DNA of 64,000 nucleotides from the human T2T-CHM13v2.0 reference genome, Homo sapiens, in NCBI RefSeq assembly GCF_009914755.1, contig NC_060934.1, one strand, 5' to 3'. Below the pieces are notes generated by a model that did no database searches, was not told the DNA's origin, and was given only the letters and a program-made list of their open reading frames with translations. The translations under genes were made by a program, and so were the position numbers. Below are positions 37,524 to 53,697 of the stretch, piece after piece. Positions within the stretch are counted from its first letter, which is position 1; every line of letters starts with the position of its first letter.

Positions 37524-38409
37524 TATATTTCTTTTTTAATAGCATACATTTTCCTGCTTTTCTAAAATTATGCACATATATTTATTGTATACTTTTTAAA
37601 AGGTAATAAAGGCCAATTTCCTCTACTTGGTGACCTTTATCCTTCAGCACTCATCTCAAGCACTGTCTCCTTTCCAAAGCCTTTGTCATACTCCATAAAG
37701 CAGAGTTTGATACTTTCACCTCTAGATGCCCATACAAATGTTTCATTACTCTCTACCACACAAAATTATGTTGCATTATAATTGTCTGTGTACATCTATT
37801 TCCTCCACTGGACTGTGAACTCCTTGAGAACAAGGCATATGAATTGTTCATCATTATATTAACAAAAACCTAAACCCAGCACTGGCAAAAAATAGAAGCT
37901 CAATAAATGCTAGTTTCTGGGATGAACAGACTGGTTACTGGCAAGAGTGAAAATTAGAATCATAATGTTTTAGAGCTGGGGGAGATTATTGACAATCTAA
38001 TTCATTCCCTGCATAGCTTTTCATCTAGGTTTCAGCTAGTTAGTACTTCATCTGGGTTTAAAATACAAATCTTAGGAATTCTGGCAAGATGGTAGTAGTA
38101 GTGAAATAGTTCTTTAGTTCTTAAATGCCCCATAACCACACCCCTCTCCCATAAAAATAAAACTAGGATAGCTAAGCCAAAGCCTATTGACAAACTCAAA
38201 ACAAGCGAAGTGAAAAAGTACTGCCATCAACCCCGAAGTATAAGCAGATAGGGACAAAATACCAGTAATAAGACCTGTATAGTATCAGCATTTACATGGG
38301 AAGCACTGGGCATCTGACAGATCCAAGCAAAGTAGAATCTCAAAATGACCATTAGATAGAGAGATACTCACTGGAAAGCATAGTTGGCCAACTTGAGAAA
38401 AGCAGCTTA

Positions 38410-38982
<573 letters not shown>

Positions 38983-39054
38983 TCAGATAGAAGTGAGGGA
39001 GAAGAACAGAGCCAGGAGATAAGAAGTCAAAATTGTGAGCAAAGAAGAGAGAGC

Positions 39055-39565
39055 AGAGATCACATAGTAAGTATTTTAAGCTTTGAGACCTACATGGTCT
39101 TTGTCACAATGACTCAACTCTCCCATTTTATCATAAAAGTGGCCACAGATAATATGTAAACAAATAATCACGACTATATTTCTTTTTTTTTTTTTTCTTT
39201 GAGACGGAGTCTTGCTCTGTCTCCTAGGCTGAAGTGTAGTGGCGTGATCTCGGCTTACTGCAACCTCTGTCTCCTGAGTCCAAACAATTCTCCTGCCTCA
39301 GCCTCCTGAGTAGCTGGGATTACAGGCGTGTGCCACCACGCCTGGCTAGTTTTTGTATTTTTGTAGAGACGGGGTTTCACCACGTTGGCCAGGCTGGTCT
39401 TGAACTCCTGACCTCAGGTCATCCACCCGCATCAGCCTCCCAAAGTGCTGGAATTACAGGCGTGACCCACCACGCCCGGCCCTCAGGATTGTATTTCAAT
39501 AAGACTTAGAAAAGCAGATGATGAGCTGAATTTAGTCCATGAGCCATGGTTTGCTAACACTGCTC
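39055..39565 (+). mobile_element. MER58A-like hAT transposon split by an Alu (39181-39482, -)
   Basis: atagtaagtattttaagctttg..actcaactct..ccatggtttgctaac. Confidence 0.7.
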
Positions 39566-39903
39566 TAGAGTCATGAGGTAGAAAAGCTATTCTGACCCAC
39601 CCTTCCTTCCTAAAAGTTCAGTCTGCCTTCACCTAAAAATCAGCAACAGAAAAACATAGATTTGAATTCTGTACAAACTTTTTATCATAAAAAGATAATG
39701 AGGAACAAAGTAATTTTCTTACAGATGAGAGCACACCAAATAAACATGCCCACAAAGCAGGTAAAAGAGGTGAGTGAATATTTCAAAATGACTTTTTAAA
39801 TTCAGGAAAAAATTAAAATATGTGAAATAATTACACAGATTAGAATTAGAATAACTTAAGAGTGAGCTGACCAAACTCAGGAAGGATTAAAACATCAAGA
39901 AGA

Positions 39904-40435
<532 letters not shown>

Positions 40436-41029
40436 TCAAAAAATTAGAGAGGAGGAAAAATTTAAAAATAGAAGGAAGAGATAAAAAAGATGAGAGAAAG
40501 AAACAGATATAGAGGAAGGGCAAAAATGATCTAATATACTTACAGGAAGTTTCCCTGAAAAAGAAACTTTAAGCAATTGAACATATCCAGGAGATTTTAT
40601 ATTCATATACAGATACATAAACAGATTATATTAAAATATGATTAGCTTTAAGGATCAGGGATAGAAGCAAGACCATGCTTGAAAATATCTAGTTTTATAC
40701 GTTTGATGTTGAGAACCATGAAACATTTTATATAATTATAAAACAAAATTAAGTTTTACAAATTATTTCCTTAAAATCAAAAATAAAATAAGTAATCAAA
40801 AGGCGTATCTAATTGGTCTCATAATCACACAGAGAGGAGCTATTCCAAATGACTTTATAAAATAGTAATCTTTTGGACATTAATAATGGACTGTGCCCTG
40901 AGGACAAAAAGATCTTCAAATCAGAAAAATCACTAAGTCATTTATAGAGTCATGGTGTTGGTGAAAGTGTTGGTATTATTCTGAGACTGTTAGCTGTGCA
41001 CTGTAAGATAAAGCAACTGAGTATGTGAC

Positions 41030-41334
41030 TTTTTTTTTTTTTTTTTTTTGAGATGGAGTCTAGCTCTGTCACCCAGGCTGGAGTGCAGTGGCATGATCTC
41101 GGCTATCACTGCAGCCTCCACCTCCTGGGCTCAAGTGATTCTCCTACCTTAGCCTCCCAAGTAGCTGGAACTACAGGTGTTTGCCACCATGCCCAGCTAA
41201 TGTTTTGTATTTTTAGTCGAGACGGGGTTTTGCCATGTTGGCCAGGCTGGTCATGAACTCCTGACCTCAGGTGATCTGCTTGCCTCGGCCTCCCAAAGTG
41301 CTGGGATTACAGGTGTGAGCCACCACACCTGGCC
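41030..41334 (-). mobile_element. Alu (AluS)
   Basis: Full dimer; degenerate TSD tatgtga(t)ctttt. Confidence 0.92.
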
Positions 41335-41576
41335 ATTTATGTGATCTTTTGAGTCTGTCATTCTTGATGTTATTAAGAACTGAGATTCTGAGCACGGAAG
41401 GAAAGGAGATACAACCTTTCTTATATTACTGTTGTATCACCTTTCTTATATTACTTATATTATCTCCTTTCTTATATTACCTTTCTTATATTACTGTTGT
41501 ATCTTCTTTCCTTCCATGCTCAGAATCTCACTTCTCAATAACATCAAGAATGACAGACTCAAAAGATCACATAACT
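41335..41576. repeat. 81-bp inverted repeat with an 80-bp loop of reiterated 15-mers
   Basis: Arms 41335-41415 and 41496-41576, 76/81 identical by manual alignment. Confidence 0.93.
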
Positions 41577-41889
<313 letters not shown>

Positions 41890-41912
41890 TTAATTAAAAA
41901 CCCTATGGTTAT

Positions 41913-42903
<991 letters not shown>

Positions 42904-42967
42904 TCATAAATTTGAATTTAAAGTAAACAGTATGAAGTAGTAACATTTTACTACATCCTACTGGGAT

Positions 42968-43737
42968 TGTTGGGAGGGGCGGGGGGAGGGGCGGGGGGAG
43001 GTGGGGGCCAGTCCTTGCTCCGAGAGCTTCCAAGATGGCGGCGGGCCGCTTCCAAAATGGGATGGTGGCAAGCCTCTTGTTCTCTGACCTGGGGTTCTTG
43101 GCCTCGCAGATTCCAAGGAATGAAATCTTGGGCCATGCGGTGAGTGTTATAGCTCTATTAGAAGCCGTGGGTCACGGAAGAGAACCGTGGAACCTAGCAA
43201 CTAGTGTTCAGCTTGATTAGGATGAACCTGGGCACTTAGCCATGCAGGAACAGTGGCAAACCTCTGGCCTGATCTGGAGCGGCAATGGGTGCCTCACTGG
43301 ATCAGGAGGGGTGGAAGTCAGTGGCAGGTCTGTGACAACAGCGAACAGCAGTGGTGGATGGCGAGCAAAAGCTCAGCTCCTGCAGTAACAAACACCGTGA
43401 GCAGAAGAGTGTGCAGTGGCAAGATTTAATAGAGTGAAAACAGAGCTCCCATACAAAGGGAGGGGACCCAAAGAGGGTAGCGGTTGCCAGCTGGAATGCC
43501 TGGGTTTATATCCTGATCATTGTCCCTCCCGCTGTGCTCTCAGGCTATAGATGATTGGCTATTTCTTTACCTCCTGTTTTTGCCTAATTAGCATTTTAGT
43601 GAGCTCTCTTTACTAGCTGATTGGTCGGGTGTGAGCTAAGTTGCAAGCCCCGTGTTTAAAGGTGAATGCAGTCACCTTCCTAGCTAGGCTTAGGGATTCT
43701 TAGTCGGCCTAGGAAATCCGGCTAGTCCAGTCTCTCA
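42968..43737 (-). mobile_element. Solo HERV-W LTR (LTR17)
   Basis: Minus strand tgagagactggactagccggatttcctaggccgactaagaatccctaagcctagct..gatataaaccc..ctattaaatctt..aaca; TG..CA termini; 4-bp TSD ggat at 42964-42967 and 43738-43741. Confidence 0.95.
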
Positions 43738-44340
43738 GGATGATTTGAGTATCAGTAAAGATGATAACTACAATAGATTGAAACATACAAAATATGTTTA
43801 ACTCTGTTAGTTCATAATGTTACTAAAACACAACAACGGCTCGTTGTTCATCATGGTAGGGTACTAGAAAACCAACTTATTATTTGGAAAGCTGTTAATA
43901 AAAAGGAAGATGTAAGCATTTATCCTGCCTTTGCTTTTGAACTGTACTCCTGGGAGCTATATAGCAGGCAAGGGGAACTTTCTTTTTATTCTAGCTGATA
44001 AAAGAAAGACTAATAGAATTATAATGTCACCATTTCACAATCCTTAACAAATTAATGCATTTAGAAATTAAGCACCAACATCTGCTGACATAATACAACA
44101 AGAGATAAACAGACATTAGGGCCTCCTGATGAAATCACACCACATCCATCAAGTACCCTCGCCAAAGACAACCAAATCTGAATCCCTTCAAACGTCTTAG
44201 ATTCAGTTACCAATTTAAGAACAGAGACTTGAAGAATGTGCTAAAGAATACCACAAAGTTGCTATCAGCAAAAGCCAGTATGTTTCTAGAGGACATATGA
44301 CCTGCTCCTTCAACAAATAAATTACACAGGAAAAAAAGAG

Positions 44341-44530
44341 GGCCAGGCGCGGTGGTGTGATCCTGTAGTCCCAGTTTCTCAGGAGTCTGAGGTGGGGGGA
44401 TTGCTTGAGCCCAGGAGTTCAAGAATGCAGTTAGCCATGATTGCACCACTTCACTTCAGCCTGGGTGACAGAGTGTGAGATCTTGTCTCAAAAAAGGAAA
44501 AAAAAAAAAAAAAAAGGAAAGAAAAAAAGA
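44341..44530 (+). mobile_element. Alu right-arm-type monomer (FRAM/FAM-like)
   Basis: Single monomer with A tail. Confidence 0.8.
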
Positions 44531-44637
44531 AGAGATGGAGGGAAAGCCCAGAAATTTAGAAAGAACTAAGAAACGTGATGAATCACAACAAGTAGACTTT
44601 ACTTGGATCTTGATTCAAACAAATTTAAAAATTATTA

Positions 44638-44935
<298 letters not shown>

Positions 44936-46738
44936 TTATATTTATGAGCCAGTTGGAATTTTGAACAATAGATATTTGATGGCATTAAGTAATTATTATC
45001 AAATGTTTTAGATATAATAATGGTATTATGGGTTTTTTTTTGAGATTCATCTTTTAGAGGTATATCCTGAAATATTTATGGAGGAAATGATATGGTATGA
45101 TGTGTGGTATTTGCCTTAAAATTATATAGGATAAATAAATTCAGTGGAATATAGATAAAATGAGATAGGTTATAAGTAAGATTCTTGAAGCTGAGAGATG
45201 GGTCAAAAGGGTTCATTGAAAGTTTCCGTTACATAAAGTTGGTTATTTTTGAAAAACAATCTCTGACTCTTAGTGCAGAACTCTTTCCACCACTCCGTTA
45301 AATTGGTCATGGAAAACAGCAACCAAAATTCCAGAATTTTCTACTTTTTTATTTTAATGGGGTTCCCAAAACAAGGGACAAAGGCAGTGGTTAAAATGCT
45401 GGTACTGGGAGTTCATGAACTCTTTTTTCTCATCTGACTTTGCCAAGGACTTCCTATGTGGTCTTTAGCAAGATCAGATTTTTTTGTCTTGATTTGGTCA
45501 CTCTCCAAAAGTGGTTAGAGGTCGAAATGCACATTATGACTTAGAACGCAGCAGTTCTAGCCAAGGAGGGCTCTGCTATTTGCATGAAGATGACTCACTA
45601 CTCTATCTTAGGAAAAAAATATATCAGCTTTTAAATAACTATCAATACAATGCATTAGATGACAAATGTAAAATGAAAATCTTCATAGAGAAAAAATAAA
45701 AATGCTTTATATGAAAGGCTGTTATAGACCAAAGCTTTGTAAGTAACCATATAATTGACTCAAAATAGTAGGACTGTTTTTCACTTTAATGTAAGATCTC
45801 ATGGTTGGGGGTCTCTACAACTACTTTTTTCATGGTTTTCTTGTTTTTTATATGAAAGATAATATTAATATTTTCTACACTGGTTCTAATCTATGGTTTA
45901 CATTAATTTCTTGTATAAAGGGCTGCTCACACTTAGATTTTGAGTTTTCAATACCAATACCCTTGCAAACAAATGAAAAGCAATAATCATTTGATGGTAA
46001 GACATATGTGCTGTTTTTACTTGTCTTGCCCCAGAAATAAATGAGGTGGTAAAGTAAATGGAATCAACTTTCTCTTTTACCCACCTGGCATCAATTGTTT
46101 CTAACTCCAAGCATCTAGCTGAAGATGATTTGTCAGCCAAAGAGGTTGAGGGTTATCCCAGAATTCTCAGTTGCTTATATCACAACTAGACAATACCCTT
46201 CTCTGCAGAGGTCCAGTCTCCATACTAATCCTCTACCATATATTTGGACAGATACACTTTCTCAACCACAAACATATGCCTACTCTAATTTTCTTTCTCA
46301 TATCTGCAAGTTATTTTGCCCAAGATATATATTTTCATCTGTTTCACATTTAGATAGCCTCCCTCAGTGTAAGCTTTAAAATGCTGTCATGGCTTTCGGA
46401 AGATTATTACAAGTAAAAGAAAAGTACATGCCAGATAATTATAAATCAGAACTTTTACATACCAGATAGGAGGAAGAAGAGAAAGGGAAGGAGAGGAGTG
46501 AAAGCAAAATGCACACATCAGAAAGTTTTGAAACATCTGCAACTCACAAAAATTAATGGTGAATAACATTGTTTGGAATTCCTTGTCCTAGAATATCAAG
46601 ATAAAATGCTGGTATCTGAACAGAATGCACACAAGATCCTGAGCACATTCAACTAAGCCACACTTAGACCTCTGATGTTGACCTTAGCCCCATATCATGT
46701 AGGGCATGATGTTATACTTCCAAAGATAGCTCACTTTC

Positions 46739-47043
46739 TTTTCTTTTCTTTCTTTTTTTTTTTTGAGACAGAGTCTTGCTCTGTTGCCCAGGCTGGAGTG
46801 CAGTGGCGCAATCTCGGCTTACTGCAAGCTCCACCTTCTGGGCTCACACCATTCTCCTGCTCAGCCTCCCGAGTAGCGGGGACTACAGGCGCCCACCACC
46901 ACGCCCAGCTAATTTTTTCTATTTTTAGTAGAGACGGGGTTTCACCATGTTAGCCAGGATGGTCTCGATCTCCTGACCTCGTGATCCGCCTGCCTCGGCC
47001 TCCCAAAGTGCTGGGATTACAGGCCTGAGCCACCGTGCCGGGC
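46739..47043 (-). mobile_element. AluY-like
   Basis: TSD agatagctcactttct at 46723-46738 and 47044-47059. Confidence 0.93.
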
Positions 47044-48055
47044 AGATAGCTCACTTTCTGATCATATGTTTGAAGAGCTCACAGGGGCTTGTGCATTTTG
47101 CAGGTAATAAATGTTTCCAGTTAAGCAAAATGATTTCTTCTGCAACTGTGAAATAACTTTTTAGGGTTAGACAGTTGACATTTTGGAGATAGTCCTCCAT
47201 ATACATATACATTCTGCTTTCTTTCCATATTCTTACTTTCCAGCCCAAGATTCATAGTCTTAATTTTGTTTGGATATCTGAATTTCTTCTCGGTGTTTAA
47301 CCCACAGATGCCCATTAATTTTTGTGAGTTGTGGATGTCACAAAACTTTGTGATGCATCCATTTTGCTTTCACTCCTCCCTCCTGTAATGTGTGTAATAG
47401 CTCTGTTTTCTAATTGTCTGGTAGGTACTTTTCTCTCTATTCTAAAAAAGTTTCTAATAGCCGTGACAGTGTTTCTTACAGTTTGTCTGCCCTCCTTCCA
47501 CACCCCACCTCCCATAATCTCAGCAAAAAGGGTTCAGGATTCACCAGCTGTTCCCTCTCTGCCCAGCCCAGCCTGTTTAAGGAGCAGCACTTGCAGCATG
47601 TGCCGAAGAAGTCCAAAGGCCCTCATCTGCTCCACCTGACCATTTCCAAAACTCAACCTCAGAAACTGGGCGCTTCTTTATCCCCACCATTGTCAATTCA
47701 TTGAATACCTACCTACAAGTTCTGTTGTCCTTGAAGCTACTCTGTGTTTAGCCAGTCCTTCCCAAACCCAGTATTTCAGGATCTCAGAATCAACCTAGTT
47801 TATATGCTCTTAAATCTTCCTCCTCCAGAAAAGTCCCCCATTTAACCTAAATGCACGGTCTTGACTTTACCAAATGCCTTCTCGTGGTAGGGCAGGTTCT
47901 ACTTGGTGACCAGGACCATGCAGGGCATTCTCCCAGGGCCTAAACCCAACCCAGATCTCGGACTTTCCCTAGATTCTGGCACAAGTCAAAAACAGAATCC
48001 CAAAGCTGAGAATGCATAGAATTACCTAGGGGTTACTTGTTAAACAGCAGATTCC

Positions 48056-48344
48056 TGGCCCGGCACGGTGGCTCATGCCTGTAATCCCAGCACTTTGGGA
48101 GGCTGAGGCGGGTGGATCACAAGGTCAGGAGTTCAAGACCAGCCTGGCCAAGATGGTGAAACCCCGTCTCTACTAAAAATACAAAAAACTAGCCAGGCGT
48201 GGTGGTGGGCACCTGTAATCCCAGCTACTCAGGAGGCTGAGGCAGAGAATTGCTTGAACCCAGGAGGCGGAGATTGCAGTGAGGCGAGATCACGCCACTG
48301 CACTCCAGCCTAGGTGACAGAGCAAGACTCCATCTCAAAAAAAA
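48056..48344 (+). mobile_element. Alu (AluSg-like) inside a MER5-type element
   Basis: TSD gcagattcct; MER5-like flanks. Confidence 0.9.
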
Positions 48345-50732
48345 ATGCAGATTCCTGGAACCTCCTTCAGAGATTCTAATCCTTAAAATCTTGGTTGGAT
48401 CCTAGAAATCTGTATTTCTCTGAAGCCCCTCAGATATATCTGTTCCCAGTGATACAAGGACCATACTTTGAAAAATGCAGATGGTGTGATGTCAATTATC
48501 AAGTGACATATTTAAGATGCCTGAGGGAAAAGCCACTTTGCATGAAAACAAAGTCAATTAAAATAGCTTTATGACAGGTTAGCTTTGCCATAAGACATTA
48601 TCAGGATTTTGATGCTCCCTCCTTTGTTCGTGGCTGTCCAAACCTCCCTCCCTCTTTGGCTCCTGGCCTTGGTTTGGGACCTCTGAGCTGGGGCTCATGC
48701 CTTTTGTTATGTATCCTTAGCTTTGCCTCTCGACCTCGATTATGCTAGGAAATCACGTTGTGCTAGGAAAACCTCCAGAATTCCAGGTCACTAATATGCG
48801 TATGTGGAAATTACTCCCATATCCGGCTCCTTCCCCTTCCTCTTTCAGGCACAAATGACACAGCACTTGTCAACTGCCTGTGCTTGGAAGGAGCCGTGGG
48901 ATTAATCCTGGCTAATGAAACATGAGCAGAAGTGACATGTGTGGGATTCCCTTTAGTTTCTCTTCTTCCACCTCCGCTTCCTGGCCACGTATTCCAGATG
49001 GTGCAGCGATGAGCTGGTGGAGCCTTCATCAGCCCAAGTCCTTCAGAGACTATGTGGAGCAATATTTGCTGATTTACCTGGAACATGTAGTGTGAGCAAG
49101 AAAGAAACTGTGCTGGATGAATCCACTGAGATTTAGGGGTAGTTTGCTATCACAGAAAACCAAAGTCTATTCTGACTAATATGCATTGGTAATGTACTTT
49201 AATGGAGTTTCCCCAAAACCACCTCTATCCTTGCTTATTTAGTTGATGGCTGCTGACAGTCTTAAATAATTCAGTATATGGTGAGGCAGGCAATGTAATA
49301 AATTCTCTTTATTTAGTGGTAATGGTTGGAGGAGCACCTAATAAATGTACTTAAGTAGATACATCTTTAGTTTGAGACAGATATATTCAGTGGAATCTCT
49401 TCCTGACCAATTAGACTGTGAGCTCTTTGAATCTGACTAACACAGAGCTGATGGATTATTGAGCATTTATCTTTTAATAAATCTCAACCAGATTTGGGAT
49501 CCAGCAGTCATCACTTGCACTAACTCTAACCTGTGCTGAATTTTCCACATTTCTTCTGGATAGTCTCTGTTGTGTAGACACATAACCTTAGTGTATCTTG
49601 TAAGTTCAGAAAAACATTAGGATCTGTCCTGATAAAACACCTTAAAATGACTGAGTCACATTTTTTTTCATTTAACTCTGCTAGATGTGGCATGAAAGCA
49701 GGGGGCAGTCACAGACCTGCAGAGCCTTTTAAGTTTCACTCCTGTGGATTTGTATTCTGTGTGTCCTCCTTAAAAGCTTTCATTGCCCATACAAGGCGAG
49801 CTAGGTTGTCTGATTGTCCTTGTTTTACCTTTGCAAATGCTTCAATTGTGCAGCTGGAAGAATGGCCTCTGAACAGATTCTTCTGGAGTGATCATCTGAT
49901 TCCTGGCCCAGAGCAAGATGCAAACTGGCAATTTTCTTTTGTTGTCTCTACCCCCTCCTCTGTCTCCATCCCCCAACTCCAAATCGTTAGTTGCATTTGA
50001 AAGTTGTTTTTTCTTCCTTTTTTTTCTTTCCTCCCTAGTTGTATGCACTCCTAGTCTGGCTGACTTTCTGGGCTCTGATCCAGCTTAGTTTAACATTGTT
50101 TATGCCTTTCAGAGCCTTCTTGGGAGATTGGTGCTTTAATTAAGAACATATTGATTTTAGACACTAGAAAATGTCATCTGACCCAAAATATCTCTCCATG
50201 TTAAACCTCCTCAACAGTTTTCTCACTGAACCATAATCACTCCCTAAAAATAATCACAGTCTATTTTGAGCATATTTACACTTTTGAATGTAGCTTTGCT
50301 TATAGCACTCAATCAACACATTTAGTACACCTTGGCTAAACTATTCTCCTCACCATAGTTTTCTAGTTTTTTTCCTTTTCCTACATTTTAGTTCATTTTT
50401 ATCTCCAAGAAATCTTTAGTTCAATAGCCACTAAAGACACATCTAAGATTAAAAGGGGACAATTACCTTGGAATATAATAGTTGTTTTTAATAACTTGTC
50501 ATACTTTAAATCTTAACCTATCTCAAGACAATTTGAATTTCATGCTAACTAATTATCTGGCAAGCTCCTGATTTGTGACCTATCAGTGTCACCCTTCACA
50601 AATATCTTTTCCTTCTTAATATTTCCTTCCTTAGTATTTTAAAATAGGTAATTCTAATTCCAATATCAAAATGGGAAAAATATATGAATGATCAGGTAAT
50701 TGACTAAATAAGGCAAACAAAGAAAAACGTAT

Positions 50733-51940
50733 TGTCTTGGTTTGGGTTCCCTAGCCCAGACAGAGATCCTGAGACAAGGATTCAAGTTCAAGTTGTTTAC
50801 TTGGGAGATGATCCTAGAAAACACTGACAGGAAGTGGGGAAGTGAAATAGGGAAAGGAAGGAAGCCAGCAAAGGGTACCTCAAGCCATTTCCTCTGTGGG
50901 CAACTGGGATTCAGTCCTGCCAGGGAGCTCTGGGAGACAGTGTAAAACATTCCCCAGAGTTACCGCACCTAACAAGCGGGATATTTACCCCTCAACAGGG
51001 TGCCACTGGGCACCTATACCTCAACTTGGTTGCTCCTTGGAGTGTTAATTCTCTGGCACTTCCTGCTACTCTTGCACAGCTTCTTCCTGCTGTTAAACCA
51101 AAGAAACACTCTCAGCAGTCACAGTGATCTGGACAGGAGACAGGGAAATGCTGGAAAGAAGAGGGCAGTTCCCTGGCAAATGCCCCTCCCTCAAGCCTGG
51201 AAACCTGCGGCCCTAAATGGGAACAGGCATTCCTGTTTTTGCACCCAAAAGTTGACTTTTGGCCCACCACACCCCCTATCATGTACCCATACCCCAAACC
51301 CCTGGCTCCACAAGGAGACGAACAGAAGAGCAGAAGAATGGCAGCATGGCATGACAGAAGAGAAGGAGCGTCTGAATGCCGAGAAGATTTTGGCTGGGGA
51401 CATTTGGAGAGGAGGTGGGCCACTGGACAGCCAACCTCCAGAAGAAGATCATCTTTCCAGTTCATTCTGCTTCTAGCTCCCCATCCATCCTGCTGAGAGC
51501 CATCTCCACCACTCAATAAAATCCCCGCATTCATCCTTCAAGTCCATGTGCCACCGGATTCTTCCTGGACTCCGGACAATCACCTGGGTACCAAGAGGGC
51601 ACTGACCTGGTTAACACTTAAGTCATCCACGAACAGCAAGGCTAAAGGAGCGCACCGTGACACACGCCCACTTGGGCTTTGGGAGTCACAGGCTTCCACC
51701 CCTGGACACTGCTGTGGGGCCAGAGCCCAGGGGCGCTTGCCCTGGCTCCCGTACCTGCCCATATGCGTGCTGCCTCTCCCATAAGGGGTTTGAGCACACA
51801 CAGTGGAGCCACACCTCTGTTGCACATCCTGTGTTGGGGGAGTCAGGAACTTTCCCGTTTCAACAGGTCCTCTGAGTAAGCAGCCAGTGGCTACAGAGGT
51901 GGAAGCTGGAGGATATGGAAGGCCTCACAGTGCCTGCTAT
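50733..51940. mobile_element. Old ERVL LTR (LTR33/LTR16-like) interrupted by LTR1
   Basis: tgtcttggtttgggttccct..cctgagacaaggattcaag pattern. Confidence 0.6.
51125..51862 (+). mobile_element. Solo LTR1-family (ERV1) LTR
   Basis: tgatctggacaggagacagggaaat..cccgtttca; internal AATAAA ~51515; 4-bp TSD acag at 51121-51124 and 51863-51866. Confidence 0.88.
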
Positions 51941-51949
51941 TCCTATTAA

Positions 51950-52610
51950 AAGATGATCAGTCTCACTAGTAATCAAATACATGCATATTAAAATAACAAT
52001 GAAATATTATTTTTGACATATTTTGACATAATTTTGACATATTAGAATGGAAAAGATTTTCTTTCCAAAGAGGAGAATGTTGGAAAACTGGCACTTATAT
52101 ACTACTGGCAAGAGTAAAAGTACAATCTTTCTGTAAAGGCAATTTGGAATGTGAATCAAAAGCCTTAAAATTGTGCTTCTCTTTGATCCAGAAAGTCTGC
52201 TTCTAAGAATGTATTCTGAGAGGATAATTAGGCCAGTCTGCAGTGTTCACTGAATCATGTTAAAAAAGACAAATAACTATAAAAATATAAATGTCTAATA
52301 GTAAGTGATTGGTTAATCCCTCATTCATCCATCTAATCCATCCATCCAGTAGAATATAATGCAGGCATTTAAGCTGATTCAGCAGAAGTGATTACCTGGA
52401 AATATTTTCACAATATACTGATAAGTGGAAACATCAAATGCTCTATTTTGTTTAAATATATATGAGTGTGTTATGCATATGTGAAAAATTCTGGAAAGAC
52501 AAAAACCAAAATGCTAAAGGCAGCTATTGCTGATCAGTAGAAATACAGGTATTTAAAAATTGTTTTGATAGCTTTTTGTAATTTCAGAGCTATTTATAAT
52601 AGTGTTAAAG
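51950..52610 (+). mobile_element. Old L1 (L1ME-like) 3' segment
   Basis: tctcactagtaatcaaa..ggaaaactggcactt..tttgatccag. Confidence 0.65.
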
Positions 52611-52684
52611 AAAGCATATATAGTTTATGAGGTTTCTATATAAAGGCCACTTAGGATGCAATAAATGTTACATTAAAAATGTCA

Positions 52685-52975
52685 GGCTGTGCGTGGTGGC
52701 TCACACCTGTAATCCCAACACTTTGGGAGGCTGAGGTGGGTAGATTGCTTGAGGCCAGGAGTTTGAGGCCAGCCTGGGTAATATGGCGAGACCCTGTCTC
52801 TACAAAAAAATAACAGTTAGCCAGGCTTGCTGGCTAATTTGTGGTCCCAGCTACTCCAAAGGCTGAGGTAGAAGGATTACCTGAGCCTGAGAGGTCGAGG
52901 CTGCAGGGAGCCATGATCATGCCACTGCATTCTAGCCTGGGTGACAGAGTGAGACCCTGTTTTAAAAAAAAAAAA
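52685..52975 (+). mobile_element. Alu (AluJ-like)
   Basis: Dimer. Confidence 0.9.
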
Positions 52976-53697
52976 TTATTTGTATAAAATAAATGTAGAA
53001 TGATAATTTACTTGTGAAAGTCACCCCTATAAACTGAAAGCATAAGATACACATCATCTCATCTTAAATAAATGCTTTTGTTAAATGAAAATCACTTGAT
53101 TCTTTTCTAGAAAAATGCCACTTAGCATTATCCCTTTTCCCTATACAGAAATATGGGTCATCATAACTTTGTCTTGAGTAAAGTTATAGCTCATGTAATT
53201 TTGCAGTTTGGAGGAAAAACTTATAGCGGGAAACAAAAATGGAAGTAGATTGTGTTTAAAACTTTCGTTGTATATCCTGTAGTTAGAAACATGATATAGC
53301 AACCGAAACATGTTTTCTCAGAAGATCAAAAAGACATAGAAGTAATGATCAAAATTTTATGACTCTTTATGGTCTAAAATCACGGTTTTATACCTTATCC
53401 AATTTGTTTCTCACCAAAAACTCTTTGGGGTTACGTTATTACTATCCCTATATCACAGGTGAAATCTCTGAGGGCTAAGTTTTAAATAATTTTTTTCTAC
53501 CTTAGCTAAAAAAGCTTCTGTCTTAGGAATCAGAGATTTTTCTGATTCTTAAGCTCATTTCTTTTCCCTTTCAATACTGGGCATGAGATTTGGAGTCACA
53601 CGGCTTGGCCCTTGTCCCAGGCTCTCTTAGCTGGGTTATGCATGAGCCCAAGTTCCCTTATGGGTAAAATAAGGATAATAATATATACAGATTAGGG

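Noticed and set aside
41415-41495. Short repeats as a CRISPR-like array
   Set aside because: 15-bp units with irregular, self-derived or absent spacers in mammalian DNA; no cas genes
51000-51879. Cluster of overlapping ORFs
   Set aside because: They lie within or overlap non-coding LTR sequence
52011-52043. Three copies of ttttgacata
   Set aside because: Short slippage inside an old L1; no sign of function
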